This document shows positions 25,481-34,917 of a stretch of DNA of 64,000 nt, one piece after another. Under the pieces are notes generated by a model, which searched no databases, was not told the DNA's origin, and worked only from the letters and a program-made list of their open reading frames with translations. Position 1 is the first letter of the stretch, and each line of letters opens with the position of its first letter. The translations under genes and the position numbers were made by a program. This DNA is from a virus, in IMG/VR virus record IMGVR_UViG_3300033562_000225, positions 1-64,000 of that record, one strand, 5' to 3'.

Positions 25481-26143
25481 TTAAATTGTTTTTATTGTGT
25501 ACACAAACTGTAGAACATCCTCCACTGGTGGTGTTATTTCTACGGCTATTCCTTGATTATCCTTAATGGCATTAAAATCAATGTGTTTAAGGATAGTATT
25601 AGTTACTCGATTAGTATGTTCTGGCATCATGGTTGCATTAAATATGGTTAAGGCTCCACTCTCTAAATAATCCCCTGATTTAATCTTATACCTCACCTCC
25701 AACACGTCAACATCCGTTTCAGGTATGAGCCTAACAGTGGTCTTGCCATCGATGGTTACTGTGCGTTTTGTATCTGAGGGTGTAGGAGTACAAGCATCGT
25801 TATCATCAACAGTTTGTGTATTGGATATAACGGGGGAGAAGTTGATAGTTACACCCTCAGTAGACCCACATGGCCCTGTATTTTTAAGGTGAACCACACC
25901 ATCCAAGCCTACTATAAACTGAGCAGGATCGAACTCATAATGCCTGATAAAATCAGGGTTAAGTTTGACTTTACCATCTACTAGCACGAAGTCAGCAGGA
26001 TGCAAACTATCCGTAAAAACAAAGGAGGCAGCCATAGGCTTCTTGATGAGAAGCGTAGCATTGTCTTTGTTGGTTAGCATTATGTAGAACTCCCCTGCCT
26101 CTAGTGGATCAATATCAAATGAAGGTACTACCCAATTTGCCAT
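25481..26143 (-). CDS. fibre-associated structural protein
   Basis: Called by position: 3-nt gap to the 1196-aa fibre gene. No motif. Confidence 0.4.
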   Translation of the reverse strand: MANWVVPSFDIDPLEAGEFYIMLTNKDNATLLIKKPMAASFVFTDSLHPADFVLVDGKVKLNPDFIRHYEFDPAQFIVGLDGVVHLKNTGPCGSTEGVTINFSPVISNTQTVDDNDACTPTPSDTKRTVTIDGKTTVRLIPETDVDVLEVRYKIKSGDYLESGALTIFNATMMPEHTNRVTNTILKHIDFNAIKDNQGIAVEITPPVEDVLQFVYTIKTI

Positions 26144-26145
26144 GA

Positions 26146-29100
26146 TTATCTTTGTTTAGCGGTTAATACTGGTTTGCCTGCCTTGAAGTCAAGTTCAATG
26201 TAGCAGTTATTATCTATGGCGTTTTGGGTTATTACTAATTCACTGTCTATCAAAGCAACCTTATCCAATAACTCTTGTTCTTCTTGAGTTATAACATTCT
26301 TTATTGAAATAACTCCATCGACAATTGCAAAATCATTTAAGTTTAAATTGCCTCTTGTTATATGGTGAACAGTATTTTCGGGTAAATCTCCTACTTTTTG
26401 TGACTCTACATGTCCGTCAGCAGCAGTTTTAATCTCCCACACGCCACCTAATTCATCTTCTGTATAAAGACTACTTATAGGTTCATCGGAGGATGTACCT
26501 GATACAGTTTCTGTGTACTCCACATCAATCGTAATAGGTCTGTCTCCTCCATGTGACATTGCTACATAGACATCATTGGAGGTGCTACAAGTACCCATTG
26601 CAACTAGAATAGTTCCAGGCGTAACGTCATACGTAAATGTTGGAGTTGTAACTTGAACAACGGTTGGATATTCAACATCTATACTATGAGTCGCTTCCGA
26701 CTGTGTGATTTTAGATAAATTATAACCACCTGATCCGTTAGATGTCGCCACAGCAAAATACACATGTGCTGTATGAGAAGGGTGCACAAAATGTGACTTC
26801 GGCCTTGTTAATGTCCAAGTAGAATCAATTTTAGCTTTCCCTGCTGACGCAAACTCCATAACGTGATAATTCAACCCGTTAATTTTAATGAGTTTTATAG
26901 CCGCGTCCCCGTAAACCCGTTTATTAATAGAGATTTGAGTTGGGTTTGTACCTAATGCAACACCTTGTATTTTGTCAGTGTCTGTAGTAGGAGGAAAGCC
27001 CCAAGTATATTGACCGTATCTAACAGAGCTAAATAAATATGAGTCTCCTAATCTAACTACAGGCTTAAGCATTGGCGCAACATCTGTAACCTTTGGAGTA
27101 AAACTTAATCCTTGGACATGCATCTTCATTGCATTTGCTACAGCATGGGGAACTACCAATACACCAAAGTTTATGGCTCTTTGAGGAACTACAAAATCTG
27201 CTGTTATAGTTCTAGGATTAAAGTCGCTCATATCCATTTGAATAAAATGAGCGTTTGCATTATCGAATGTCCACTGCGCATCGGTAGGAACAGGAATGAA
27301 ATTGTCTGGAATTGACCCTACAATACCCTTTGGTATTTCGTTAGCAATACCATTCCATGTGATAGGAATTATGTCAAGCGCAGAAAATACGTCCTTAAGA
27401 GTCAAGTTTACAGTTAGTATTAGATTGTCACCTTTAAACACTTCTGTTAACTCTGCATTTAACATTAAAGATATATAGGCATAAGATGGGGTGCTATCAT
27501 CTTTTGCAGTTATATTAAGCCCTGTAGGGTTCAGTTCAAAATATGCTTCTTTGTCTGCTGTTCCAATCTCGCAAAATCCCTGTCTGTTAAATACACCAGT
27601 AACACCAGTTCTAGGAATTACTCCGTTTAACTCTAATGAATATCCTGCTAAGGGCTGTCCTGCTGTTAATTCAAAAATCTCAAACGGCAGTACAAGATTA
27701 TATTGATTTCTTACTTCTTGTAGTGCTTCTCCTGTTTTATAATCTTGACTGACAAATTGCATCATTAAGCAAGTTCCCCCATCCACATCATCAGATACTT
27801 TTAAGTCATAATCTTGTCCAAATGAATGTTTAATGTAAAACTCAACATTCTTAATAATAAAATCTACTTCAAAGACTGAGAAGAAATCGAGATAATACAA
27901 CTTTTCATTAGCAAGATAAGACCTTGTTCTGCTTATAGTTTCTCCGTATGAGCCTAACAACGTTGCTTTTGTAGTAACGTCTCTCAATCCAATTTCTATA
28001 AATCCATCCCTCGGTGCAAAGCTTGCAAAGGCCATCCTACCGTAACAGATAAGTGGCGCTTTTGGGAAGCCTGTATATAACCCAGCAGGTCTTTTAATTT
28101 GTATCTCATCGCCAGTTAGTGCTAGGGCTTTACCTTCGTACACCTCTTTTGTAAAATCTTTTACATCCGCGTGATAAGCTGTACCATCAAAATCTTTTAG
28201 ATAGGTTATAGCCCTACCCCTCAAAAACAATCCCTCTGGCTTACTAAAGTCAAATACATTATCAACCGATATTTCAGCAATTTGTTCTGCGTCGTTAAAT
28301 GTAAATCTAACAGGATAGGCAACTTCAATCCTATTAATTAGTTTTTCTTGCTCATCTTTATTAGCAATCCCAATTTGTGTAGTTATTTCCACAGTAGTGG
28401 CATCACCCGCTGCTTGGTCTACTAGGCCTTTTAGAACTTTAATGTTTCGTATCTTGGGCAGCTTATCATTAATGCCTGCAACTGAAATATAAGGTACTAC
28501 AGAAACTTTATTTAATTCTCCAGGTTGTCGAGTTACATCTGAATCTACAAAAGAAATTTCTGTTATGTTTGGAAAAGTTTCAAGGTTTCCACCAACAGAA
28601 AGAGTAGGATTTGCGACAGATGCCTTTAGTTGTACGCTTACTCTAATATTACCAATAGGTACTGGTGTAGGACTTACGAAGTAAACAGTTGTAGTTCCAA
28701 ATAACTTAGAATAAGTTGCTTCTACGTTAACGTTATTTACAACTATATGATTTATTCTATTTGATAAAACCATAGGCATTCTTATCACTATATATGCAGG
28801 AGGGGCTAAAACAACATTGAAAAATAATTCTTGTTCAATTCCTCCTGTTGCCATTATCCAACTATCATTAGTTGGTTCTACATTAGACCCGGAATGCCCT
28901 ATTGAATAATACTCCCTTATGAAGCCATCATTTTTAAGTTGGTCGTAAGTATGTAGCTCGTCTTTAAACTCGTTTTGAATCTCACTGAATAAATGTAGTC
29001 TATCCTTTAGTTGAGCTTGTATTTCTGGAATAGTATTAAGCTGACCAGTTAAGTTAGATTTAACTAAGTCCATTAAATCTTTAATACTATTTGGTAATAG

Positions 29101-29736
29101 TCCATTATAAATAGTAATCCAATTAGTATCTGTTTTCTTAACCATTAAATAAACCTCTGATGGGTCAATTACGTATGCATCAGTTTTACCATTCAATGTA
29201 GTTCCTGCTGGAACTGTAAGAGTTAAGAGATTTGTTTTATCAGAATTTCTAAGTGTAAATACAGCGCCCTCTTTGTCACTTGTAGGAACAGCTATACTCA
29301 TAAGAGCATCATCTAAACCTGTAATATTTACATAGTAAGCCTTAAACGGGCCCCCAGTAAACGCAGGAGCTTTTTTGCCTCTATAACTAAACGTAGGTAA
29401 TTGGCTGGCACTAATATCAGTTTTAAGTCTTTCTATTTCTGTTTTAGTATCCTCAAGGACTTTTGAATCAGTTACCTTCTCAGCTAATTTAACTAAATCA
29501 ACATCAGCCAAATCTTGTTGTAGGAGCCCTGCTCGTACTCCTTGCTTTAAGAAATCGCTGTCGTCTATAGAGGCCCCATCAGCCCAATATTGCAAATCAG
29601 CCCATCGGGTTACCCCGTCACCCACTTTAAACTTACGGGTATCAGTCTCTAGCCCCACTACTCTATCGCCTAGGATGGGGTTTATCGAAGTCCAATCAGC
29701 GAGCGTATCGCCTTTCAGTTTTATAGTATCTGCCAT
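26146..29736 (-). CDS. large tail fibre/spike protein (1196 aa)
   Basis: The N-terminus LKGDTLADWTSINPILGDRVVGLETDTRKFKVGDGVTRWADLQYW matches the HylP/Mtd_N-type fibre N-terminal domain pattern (NP.L..GE.G.ETDT...K.GDG...W..L.Y). Confidence 0.7.
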   Translation of the reverse strand: MADTIKLKGDTLADWTSINPILGDRVVGLETDTRKFKVGDGVTRWADLQYWADGASIDDSDFLKQGVRAGLLQQDLADVDLVKLAEKVTDSKVLEDTKTEIERLKTDISASQLPTFSYRGKKAPAFTGGPFKAYYVNITGLDDALMSIAVPTSDKEGAVFTLRNSDKTNLLTLTVPAGTTLNGKTDAYVIDPSEVYLMVKKTDTNWITIYNGLLPNSIKDLMDLVKSNLTGQLNTIPEIQAQLKDRLHLFSEIQNEFKDELHTYDQLKNDGFIREYYSIGHSGSNVEPTNDSWIMATGGIEQELFFNVVLAPPAYIVIRMPMVLSNRINHIVVNNVNVEATYSKLFGTTTVYFVSPTPVPIGNIRVSVQLKASVANPTLSVGGNLETFPNITEISFVDSDVTRQPGELNKVSVVPYISVAGINDKLPKIRNIKVLKGLVDQAAGDATTVEITTQIGIANKDEQEKLINRIEVAYPVRFTFNDAEQIAEISVDNVFDFSKPEGLFLRGRAITYLKDFDGTAYHADVKDFTKEVYEGKALALTGDEIQIKRPAGLYTGFPKAPLICYGRMAFASFAPRDGFIEIGLRDVTTKATLLGSYGETISRTRSYLANEKLYYLDFFSVFEVDFIIKNVEFYIKHSFGQDYDLKVSDDVDGGTCLMMQFVSQDYKTGEALQEVRNQYNLVLPFEIFELTAGQPLAGYSLELNGVIPRTGVTGVFNRQGFCEIGTADKEAYFELNPTGLNITAKDDSTPSYAYISLMLNAELTEVFKGDNLILTVNLTLKDVFSALDIIPITWNGIANEIPKGIVGSIPDNFIPVPTDAQWTFDNANAHFIQMDMSDFNPRTITADFVVPQRAINFGVLVVPHAVANAMKMHVQGLSFTPKVTDVAPMLKPVVRLGDSYLFSSVRYGQYTWGFPPTTDTDKIQGVALGTNPTQISINKRVYGDAAIKLIKINGLNYHVMEFASAGKAKIDSTWTLTRPKSHFVHPSHTAHVYFAVATSNGSGGYNLSKITQSEATHSIDVEYPTVVQVTTPTFTYDVTPGTILVAMGTCSTSNDVYVAMSHGGDRPITIDVEYTETVSGTSSDEPISSLYTEDELGGVWEIKTAADGHVESQKVGDLPENTVHHITRGNLNLNDFAIVDGVISIKNVITQEEQELLDKVALIDSELVITQNAIDNNCYIELDFKAGKPVLTAKQR

Positions 29737-29793
29737 TGATAGAAAAATTATACATTATTACTGCGTTTCTAAAATGGTAGATATAATTTGTTT

Positions 29794-29815
29794 GGGGGGT
29801 TTGGGTGGGGTAGGG
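29794..29815 (+). other. G-quadruplex-type motif in fibre intergenic spacer
   Basis: GGGGGG TTT GGG T GGGG TA GGG. This is C-rich on the sense strand of the flanking minus-strand genes. Confidence 0.5.
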
Positions 29816-29822
29816 TAGTTAT

Positions 29823-31166
29823 TTACGCGCTACCTCCATCGAATACTCTAGTATCCACAGAAGAGGCATCGCCTCCATCTATTATATTAGATAAAGCGTC
29901 TACTGTGTTATGGCTGTTTGATGTGACGTACCAAGTTGCCATACCTTTACAGGCAGTGAAAGTTACGCTCTGTCCAGCTATAACATCGTAGGTAGTTCGG
30001 CCATTAACTTTCTGAATAGCATTAAATGTCGTTACTCTTATCAAATCTGTGGCTACCGTGGAATCGTTAGATATGACTATTCTGGTACTATCTTTTACTA
30101 AGGCTATGTCAGGTAGGGGCTGGGTTATAACAGCAGCTTCCAATGGAGATACATACCGTAAAATCACATTAGAAACATATCTGGGGATAGCATAGGCGCG
30201 GGTTATATCATACCCTGCACAATTCTCTTCGTGCAACTCTCCCATGTTGACCTCAGTAACTACTTCGGGTCTACTTATGATGGTGTACTCTCTTGACTTG
30301 AAGTAGGGAATAAAGGTACCATTAATGACTTTACCTTTAACCTTGGCTCCTTTTAGTGTGAAAGTACCTGTCTGACCAAGTTGATAAATAGCATGGTTCT
30401 TGAGTATAATCTCAACTGTATTACCGATATCCTGAGTTCTAAAAGTAAACTTCTCGGAGTCGGTCACCATTCTACCATTTATATCTTTGGATTCTATAAT
30501 GAAATCCCCGGCCTCGGCCGGCATAAGGAAAAGACCTGTTCGTATTACAGATTCAGGGACGGTAAAAGGAAAAGTGTACGGATTGCTAGGCTGAGTATCT
30601 GAAAACTCCATTTGCCTATCATGTACTTCCTCTGGCGTTAAATTATACGATTTAAGTGAGGTAGTACCGTCAGACTTATAAACTACTCCTACCAAGATAG
30701 CTCTAGTATCATCGGTGGTATTAATGAAAGAGAGGGTGTTATTAGCCCCTGAAATATCAATGTTGCCTACTGATACCGTTCCCGGTGCTGTAGACAATTT
30801 AGGGGTGTATATGGGCCTATCAAAGGAGACTAGAGTAGGGGTAATGGTAACACCTAGTACAGTCATCCAATCATCGGCGGTACCTGATCCAGTTATATGA
30901 TAAATCTCCCAAGCCTGAGTGATTGAATCAAAGTAGTAAAACTCTTTTTCTAGTAATGAAAGGCAGAACTTACCTTCTCTTCTATCAGCCGATATAGTTT
31001 GAATATCAATCAAAGATGATCTAACTTCAAAACCTCCTTTACCAAACTTTGCAGCATGGGTGGGGAAGGTGTTGGCATCATCCAATCCTGGGGTGATTAA
31101 GTCAGTTACCGGAGTTCCATGAGGTATAATTGCCATGTCTTTAATTTTCGTGCTTAAAGTTAACAC
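29823..31166 (-). CDS. tail fibre/baseplate-like structural protein
   Basis: Called by position in the fibre block. The track start is a GTG. ATG at 31136 (MAIIPHG) is more likely. Confidence 0.45.
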   Translation of the reverse strand: MLTLSTKIKDMAIIPHGTPVTDLITPGLDDANTFPTHAAKFGKGGFEVRSSLIDIQTISADRREGKFCLSLLEKEFYYFDSITQAWEIYHITGSGTADDWMTVLGVTITPTLVSFDRPIYTPKLSTAPGTVSVGNIDISGANNTLSFINTTDDTRAILVGVVYKSDGTTSLKSYNLTPEEVHDRQMEFSDTQPSNPYTFPFTVPESVIRTGLFLMPAEAGDFIIESKDINGRMVTDSEKFTFRTQDIGNTVEIILKNHAIYQLGQTGTFTLKGAKVKGKVINGTFIPYFKSREYTIISRPEVVTEVNMGELHEENCAGYDITRAYAIPRYVSNVILRYVSPLEAAVITQPLPDIALVKDSTRIVISNDSTVATDLIRVTTFNAIQKVNGRTTYDVIAGQSVTFTACKGMATWYVTSNSHNTVDALSNIIDGGDASSVDTRVFDGGSA

Positions 31167-31199
31167 TATTTACAATAAATAGCAATCTGTTACATCAAG

Positions 31200-33059
31200 T
31201 TATTTAATTAGGCCTTCTAGCCTCAACAATCTGGCTTCTAGTTTCTCAACTTTATCATTCAACTCCTCGATTGCCTTAAATAAATACGGGGTAAAATTTG
31301 TATCTATTTGCAATATTGGTGTGCCTTCTTTATCAACTACTCGTCTTGTGTACTTTTCGACTTCGCCCGTTTCGGGGTTAGCGTCTTCAAAATACTCGTC
31401 TTTGTACGTCCATCCAAAATCTACGCCCTCAGCCTCGTTTCTAGGCACTCTTTCCGAAACATGGCCCTCGAATCCATGCTGCTTGAGTAATTGAGCCATA
31501 AAGCCTGTTCGTTGACCTTTGGCATAAGCATCTTGATTTTTAAATGTAAAGTGTCTCACGCACTTAGCCAGTTTCAGAGCCTTCTGTAGTCCATTTGTAA
31601 CCTCGCGTGTATTTTCTTTCAGGTGCCCGTCTGATGCGTTGGTTAATGCCCCATAGTAATTTATGTTTCGAACATTTAGGTCTCTATACTGCCCGTCAAT
31701 GCCATTGTCTATAGATACCGCACCAGCAGACGATCTTTTTATTCTCGCGTCTACTAAAGCATCATTGTTGTATGGGGAAAATCTAAACCCTCCAGCACCG
31801 TATAGCAGACAATTAGTCGTGTTTATTGTGTTGAATATACTATAGCTTGATGTTGCTGTGAAATTGCCATTGTTGTCGATGAAATAAACTGGGGTTGATG
31901 ACGACCTGTTGTAAACGGCTACTCTCATAGTACCCTCGGTAATACTGATCGCTTTGTTATATACCCCCCAAGCACCAGTATCAATACCAGAATAGTTTTG
32001 TGCATAGATATCAACCACCGCCACGCTTGTTGAGTTGATATATGATGAAATAATACGCTCCTCGCCCATTATAGTCAACTTAGCCCCGACCATTGCGCTG
32101 GTAAATTGTGCGCTTGTACTAGTTACAGTAGTCCCCATTGTGCTTACAGCCCCGTTTGGAGTAAACCATTTAGCCGAATGATACAATATAGTGCCGTTTT
32201 CGTTTGGGGCAAATTGAGCCTTGTTTGCCACCTGATTAACCGTAGTCAACGTGGTGTTTCCGGTTAGTAACGCACCTATGAATTTTTCCTCTCCGGTAAT
32301 GTAAAACTCATCCACCCCCTTCTTGGGTTCTAACCTACTTAAATCTTGGTCTCCTGTATTTATGCCGCTAAGGTTATCTAACTTTGTCCTATCCTGGCTA
32401 CTCAAGTGAATAGCATTATTGGCTATATGGGCTAGGATATTCTGACCGTTGGTAGTTACCCAAGTCATAGCACTAATCGAGCCACTCTTCGAGGTAGTAA
32501 CCAAAGTTAGTGAAGCATCAGCAAACTTGTAAGGACTCCTGATATCGATGTAAGGTTGCCCACCTATAGTAACCGGTGCTTGGCCCCATATACCCGCTAA
32601 GCCTCCTTTAATCCCTACAGTGTTGATATAGGAAGCTACGGTTGCCGGAACGATTATATGGGCGTATAAAGGGGTGGGGGATTGGCTATTTGTTACCGGC
32701 CACTCCCTGGCAGCCAAGGTATTTGCTGGATCGTGTGTAAGGGTTCCAATATTAGCATCTGAAATAGTCTCAGCAGCATTGAATCCAAAGTAGGCACTAT
32801 GAGGGGCAAATATGGGATCAGCCTGGCAAACTTCGTTTAGCCACTTGTTCATACAGGCAGTAAATTCTGCTTCGGTTCCTTTGTACCCCCCTTCTACCGC
32901 ATACTCATAACAACTTTTTCCATCAAAACCTTTGAAGGCTACTGTGTCGAATAGGTAGACGTTTATTTCAGCAGGTATATTTGGATAAACCCTAACCGGT
33001 TGTGGTCCTTCTAAGGACACTATCATGTCTGCTGGGCTGTGTACTTCTACTATAGGCAT
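31200..33059 (-). CDS. tail fibre/spike with C-terminal intramolecular chaperone (peptidase S74-like) domain
   Basis: The C-terminus ASDGHLKENTREVTNGLQKALKLAKCVRHFTFKN...GFMAQLLKQHGFE...YLFKAIEELNDKVEKLEARLLRLE matches the S74 auto-cleaving chaperone pattern (SD.RLK.NI...L..L.pv.Y.....GfiAQE...AiQEL...LE). Confidence 0.75.
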   Translation of the reverse strand: MPIVEVHSPADMIVSLEGPQPVRVYPNIPAEINVYLFDTVAFKGFDGKSCYEYAVEGGYKGTEAEFTACMNKWLNEVCQADPIFAPHSAYFGFNAAETISDANIGTLTHDPANTLAAREWPVTNSQSPTPLYAHIIVPATVASYINTVGIKGGLAGIWGQAPVTIGGQPYIDIRSPYKFADASLTLVTTSKSGSISAMTWVTTNGQNILAHIANNAIHLSSQDRTKLDNLSGINTGDQDLSRLEPKKGVDEFYITGEEKFIGALLTGNTTLTTVNQVANKAQFAPNENGTILYHSAKWFTPNGAVSTMGTTVTSTSAQFTSAMVGAKLTIMGEERIISSYINSTSVAVVDIYAQNYSGIDTGAWGVYNKAISITEGTMRVAVYNRSSSTPVYFIDNNGNFTATSSYSIFNTINTTNCLLYGAGGFRFSPYNNDALVDARIKRSSAGAVSIDNGIDGQYRDLNVRNINYYGALTNASDGHLKENTREVTNGLQKALKLAKCVRHFTFKNQDAYAKGQRTGFMAQLLKQHGFEGHVSERVPRNEAEGVDFGWTYKDEYFEDANPETGEVEKYTRRVVDKEGTPILQIDTNFTPYLFKAIEELNDKVEKLEARLLRLEGLIK

Positions 33060-33060
33060 G

Positions 33061-33408
33061 CTAAGCAGTGATTAAAATGAATGGGGATACACCGTCTTCG
33101 TAGTAAACCCCTCCCGGAGCATTGACATCGTTTGCCTGGTATTTAAGCCTAAGGAAGAAGGTTTCTTCTGGGGCCGTCATGGTTATCTCTTTTGGGACGG
33201 ATAGGAATACTTTGTATCCTGAGTATCCGGTTAGGTATTCTTGATGGTATCCTACTTTTGGGGTCTTAGAAGCCTTGAAAAGAGTTATACCACTATCAAA
33301 GGTATCTACCACTATCTCTAGCATAGTTACGTCAGTATATGGGTGGTTTAACTGTATTACCCCTGTTATTGGGTTTCCTATTTGAAAAGGTATAGGGGCA
33401 GTAGCCAT
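33061..33408 (-). CDS. structural protein, first gene of fibre operon
   Basis: Called by position only: 1-nt gap to the next gene. Confidence 0.4.
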   Translation of the reverse strand: MATAPIPFQIGNPITGVIQLNHPYTDVTMLEIVVDTFDSGITLFKASKTPKVGYHQEYLTGYSGYKVFLSVPKEITMTAPEETFFLRLKYQANDVNAPGGVYYEDGVSPFILITA

Positions 33409-33564
33409 AGTTGCTCAGTTTTTGTTTCAGGATAAAGTTACTCAATTTACTTGTTTTTCACAAATACTTGAGTATATGATATGAAAAATCTACCTAATCA
33501 AATTAATGGTTAGATAGTACATGATAAAAGTAACAAGGTAGTTAGCCAACTACTCCTGTATGTC

Positions 33565-34719
33565 TTATCTACCCTTAGCCCTTTTATACAATTTCAGTAA
33601 CGCAGCAGAAGAAGGAGTCTTGTCTTTAGCCAAACTAGCCAGCATGGGTGTAGCAGTAATATCAACCATTTGCCCACAAATATCAACCAAAGTAGGTTTA
33701 GTATTTTTGTAGGTCTTAGTCCATACTATGTGACCGTTTAAACATCCTTTAACTGAATTAGCCTTAAACTCAACACCTCCTACAGTCAACTTAATGTTAA
33801 CTTGCTCATTACCAATAGTATTTAGTTTTTCCCCATACGTATTATTATATGGTGAGGAAAACATTTTACTTAAATTAAATGAGTGTGTATTAGATGATGA
33901 TTCTATGACTGCGTCTTTTCTACTGTTTACAAATACTTTTTTGGGGTTAGCAAAAGCTACTGACGTAATGTCAGGGTTATGCTTGTTAACATCTAGCGGT
34001 ACGTAGTTACCGTATTCATCCACGTTGTTGTTATACCACTGTTGAGCAAATGGGCCGGAGTATAAGACATTAAAATTTCGATGCTTTTTTATGAGCTCTA
34101 ATTCTACCATCTTCTCCACCTTGTTGAATGCTGTCTTAGGTGTGCACCATAAAAGTAATGAAATTGTTTTGTATGATAGACCTGATTCGTTTCGAGTGTG
34201 CTCTTGCCCACACTTGGTATTGATAGAAGATTTTGCTTTTCTAAAACTTGTTGAAGTCTTAGATAGTCTCTTCCTGTTGGCTTTAATTCTGTCGGTGGCC
34301 AGCTTCTCTCTCAATGAATTACGTCTTTCCAATACAATAGCATAAATCTTTATTTCCACGTCTCTAACCGAGTCGGTGGGTTCTAGTATTATGCGACTAG
34401 TTACTGCAAATGATTTTTCCTCGTTATGAAGTTTGGTGAATACTACTTGTTTTCCGTTATCTGACATGGTGGCCCAGCCCATCTTAATGCAAGTCTCCAC
34501 ACATTTATTAGCCAATGGCCAAGAAATATGCATCAGTTTTGCTATACGATTTATGCTGAACTTGTTTACTGCGGAGGATACGAACATATTCTTAAAGCAC
34601 AAAGCCAAGGCTAGGGCTCTTAGTTTCCTTCTGGAACCTAGAACCTTATCGATGATTTCGTATTTGATTAAGAACTTTTTATTCATGTGCCCCCTAAGTA
34701 CATTTATATAATTCTGCAA
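33565..34719 (-). CDS. winged-helix-like DNA-binding protein, function unknown
   Basis: The N-terminal region FSINRIAKLMHISWPLANKCVETCIKMGW is HTH-like and the middle is K/R-rich. The track start is a TTG. ATG at 34686 (MNKKFLIKY) is more likely, with a -7 box TATATTTG (minus strand, 34724..34717) upstream. Confidence 0.5.
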   Translation of the reverse strand: MQNYINVLRGHMNKKFLIKYEIIDKVLGSRRKLRALALALCFKNMFVSSAVNKFSINRIAKLMHISWPLANKCVETCIKMGWATMSDNGKQVVFTKLHNEEKSFAVTSRIILEPTDSVRDVEIKIYAIVLERRNSLREKLATDRIKANRKRLSKTSTSFRKAKSSINTKCGQEHTRNESGLSYKTISLLLWCTPKTAFNKVEKMVELELIKKHRNFNVLYSGPFAQQWYNNNVDEYGNYVPLDVNKHNPDITSVAFANPKKVFVNSRKDAVIESSSNTHSFNLSKMFSSPYNNTYGEKLNTIGNEQVNIKLTVGGVEFKANSVKGCLNGHIVWTKTYKNTKPTLVDICGQMVDITATPMLASLAKDKTPSSAALLKLYKRAKGR

Positions 34720-34749
34720 ATATACTTAAACTTTAATTATATACTACTA

Positions 34750-34780
34750 TTGTTTATATCATTTATTCAACTTATATTTG
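34750..34780 (+). promoter_or_regulatory. Bacteroidota-type promoter (aTTG-N20-TATATTTG)
   Basis: TTG at 34750-34752 and TATATTTG at 34773-34780, with a 20-nt spacer. Confidence 0.5.
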
Positions 34781-34786
34781 TAGGAC

Positions 34787-34862
34787 AATTCTCAGACATG
34801 TTCCCCCGAATTACTGAAAATTACTAAACCCCGATGTATCGTTACATCGGGGTTTTCTTTTT
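34787..34862 (+). ncRNA. candidate ~70-nt small RNA / mini-ORF transcript
   Basis: Bounded by the promoter at 34750-34780 and a strong terminator at 34829-34862. Contains only a 9-codon ORF (34798-34827, MFPRITENY). Confidence 0.35.
34829..34862 (+). terminator. intrinsic terminator
   Basis: 10-bp perfect stem ccccgatgta (34829-34838) / tacatcgggg (34843-34852), 4-nt loop, then TTTTCTTTTT. Confidence 0.8.
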
Positions 34863-34878
34863 AAATATTGTTAATTTA

Positions 34879-34910
34879 TTTGGTTTTACTGTTTACTTGA
34901 AGTATGTTTG
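34879..34910 (+). promoter_or_regulatory. Bacteroidota-type promoter (TTTG-N20-TATGTTTG) of the plus-strand operon
   Basis: TTTG at 34879-34882 and TATGTTTG at 34903-34910, with a 20-nt spacer. Confidence 0.6.
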
Positions 34911-34917
34911 CAGGACC

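Noticed and set aside
20688-33408. Possible diversity-generating retroelement acting on the fibre genes. One N-terminus resembles the Mtd-type domain.
   Set aside because: No reverse transcriptase ORF is present and no template/variable repeat pair was seen. The only internal repeat (24989-25275) is an in-frame structural duplication, not an A-mutated TR/VR pair.
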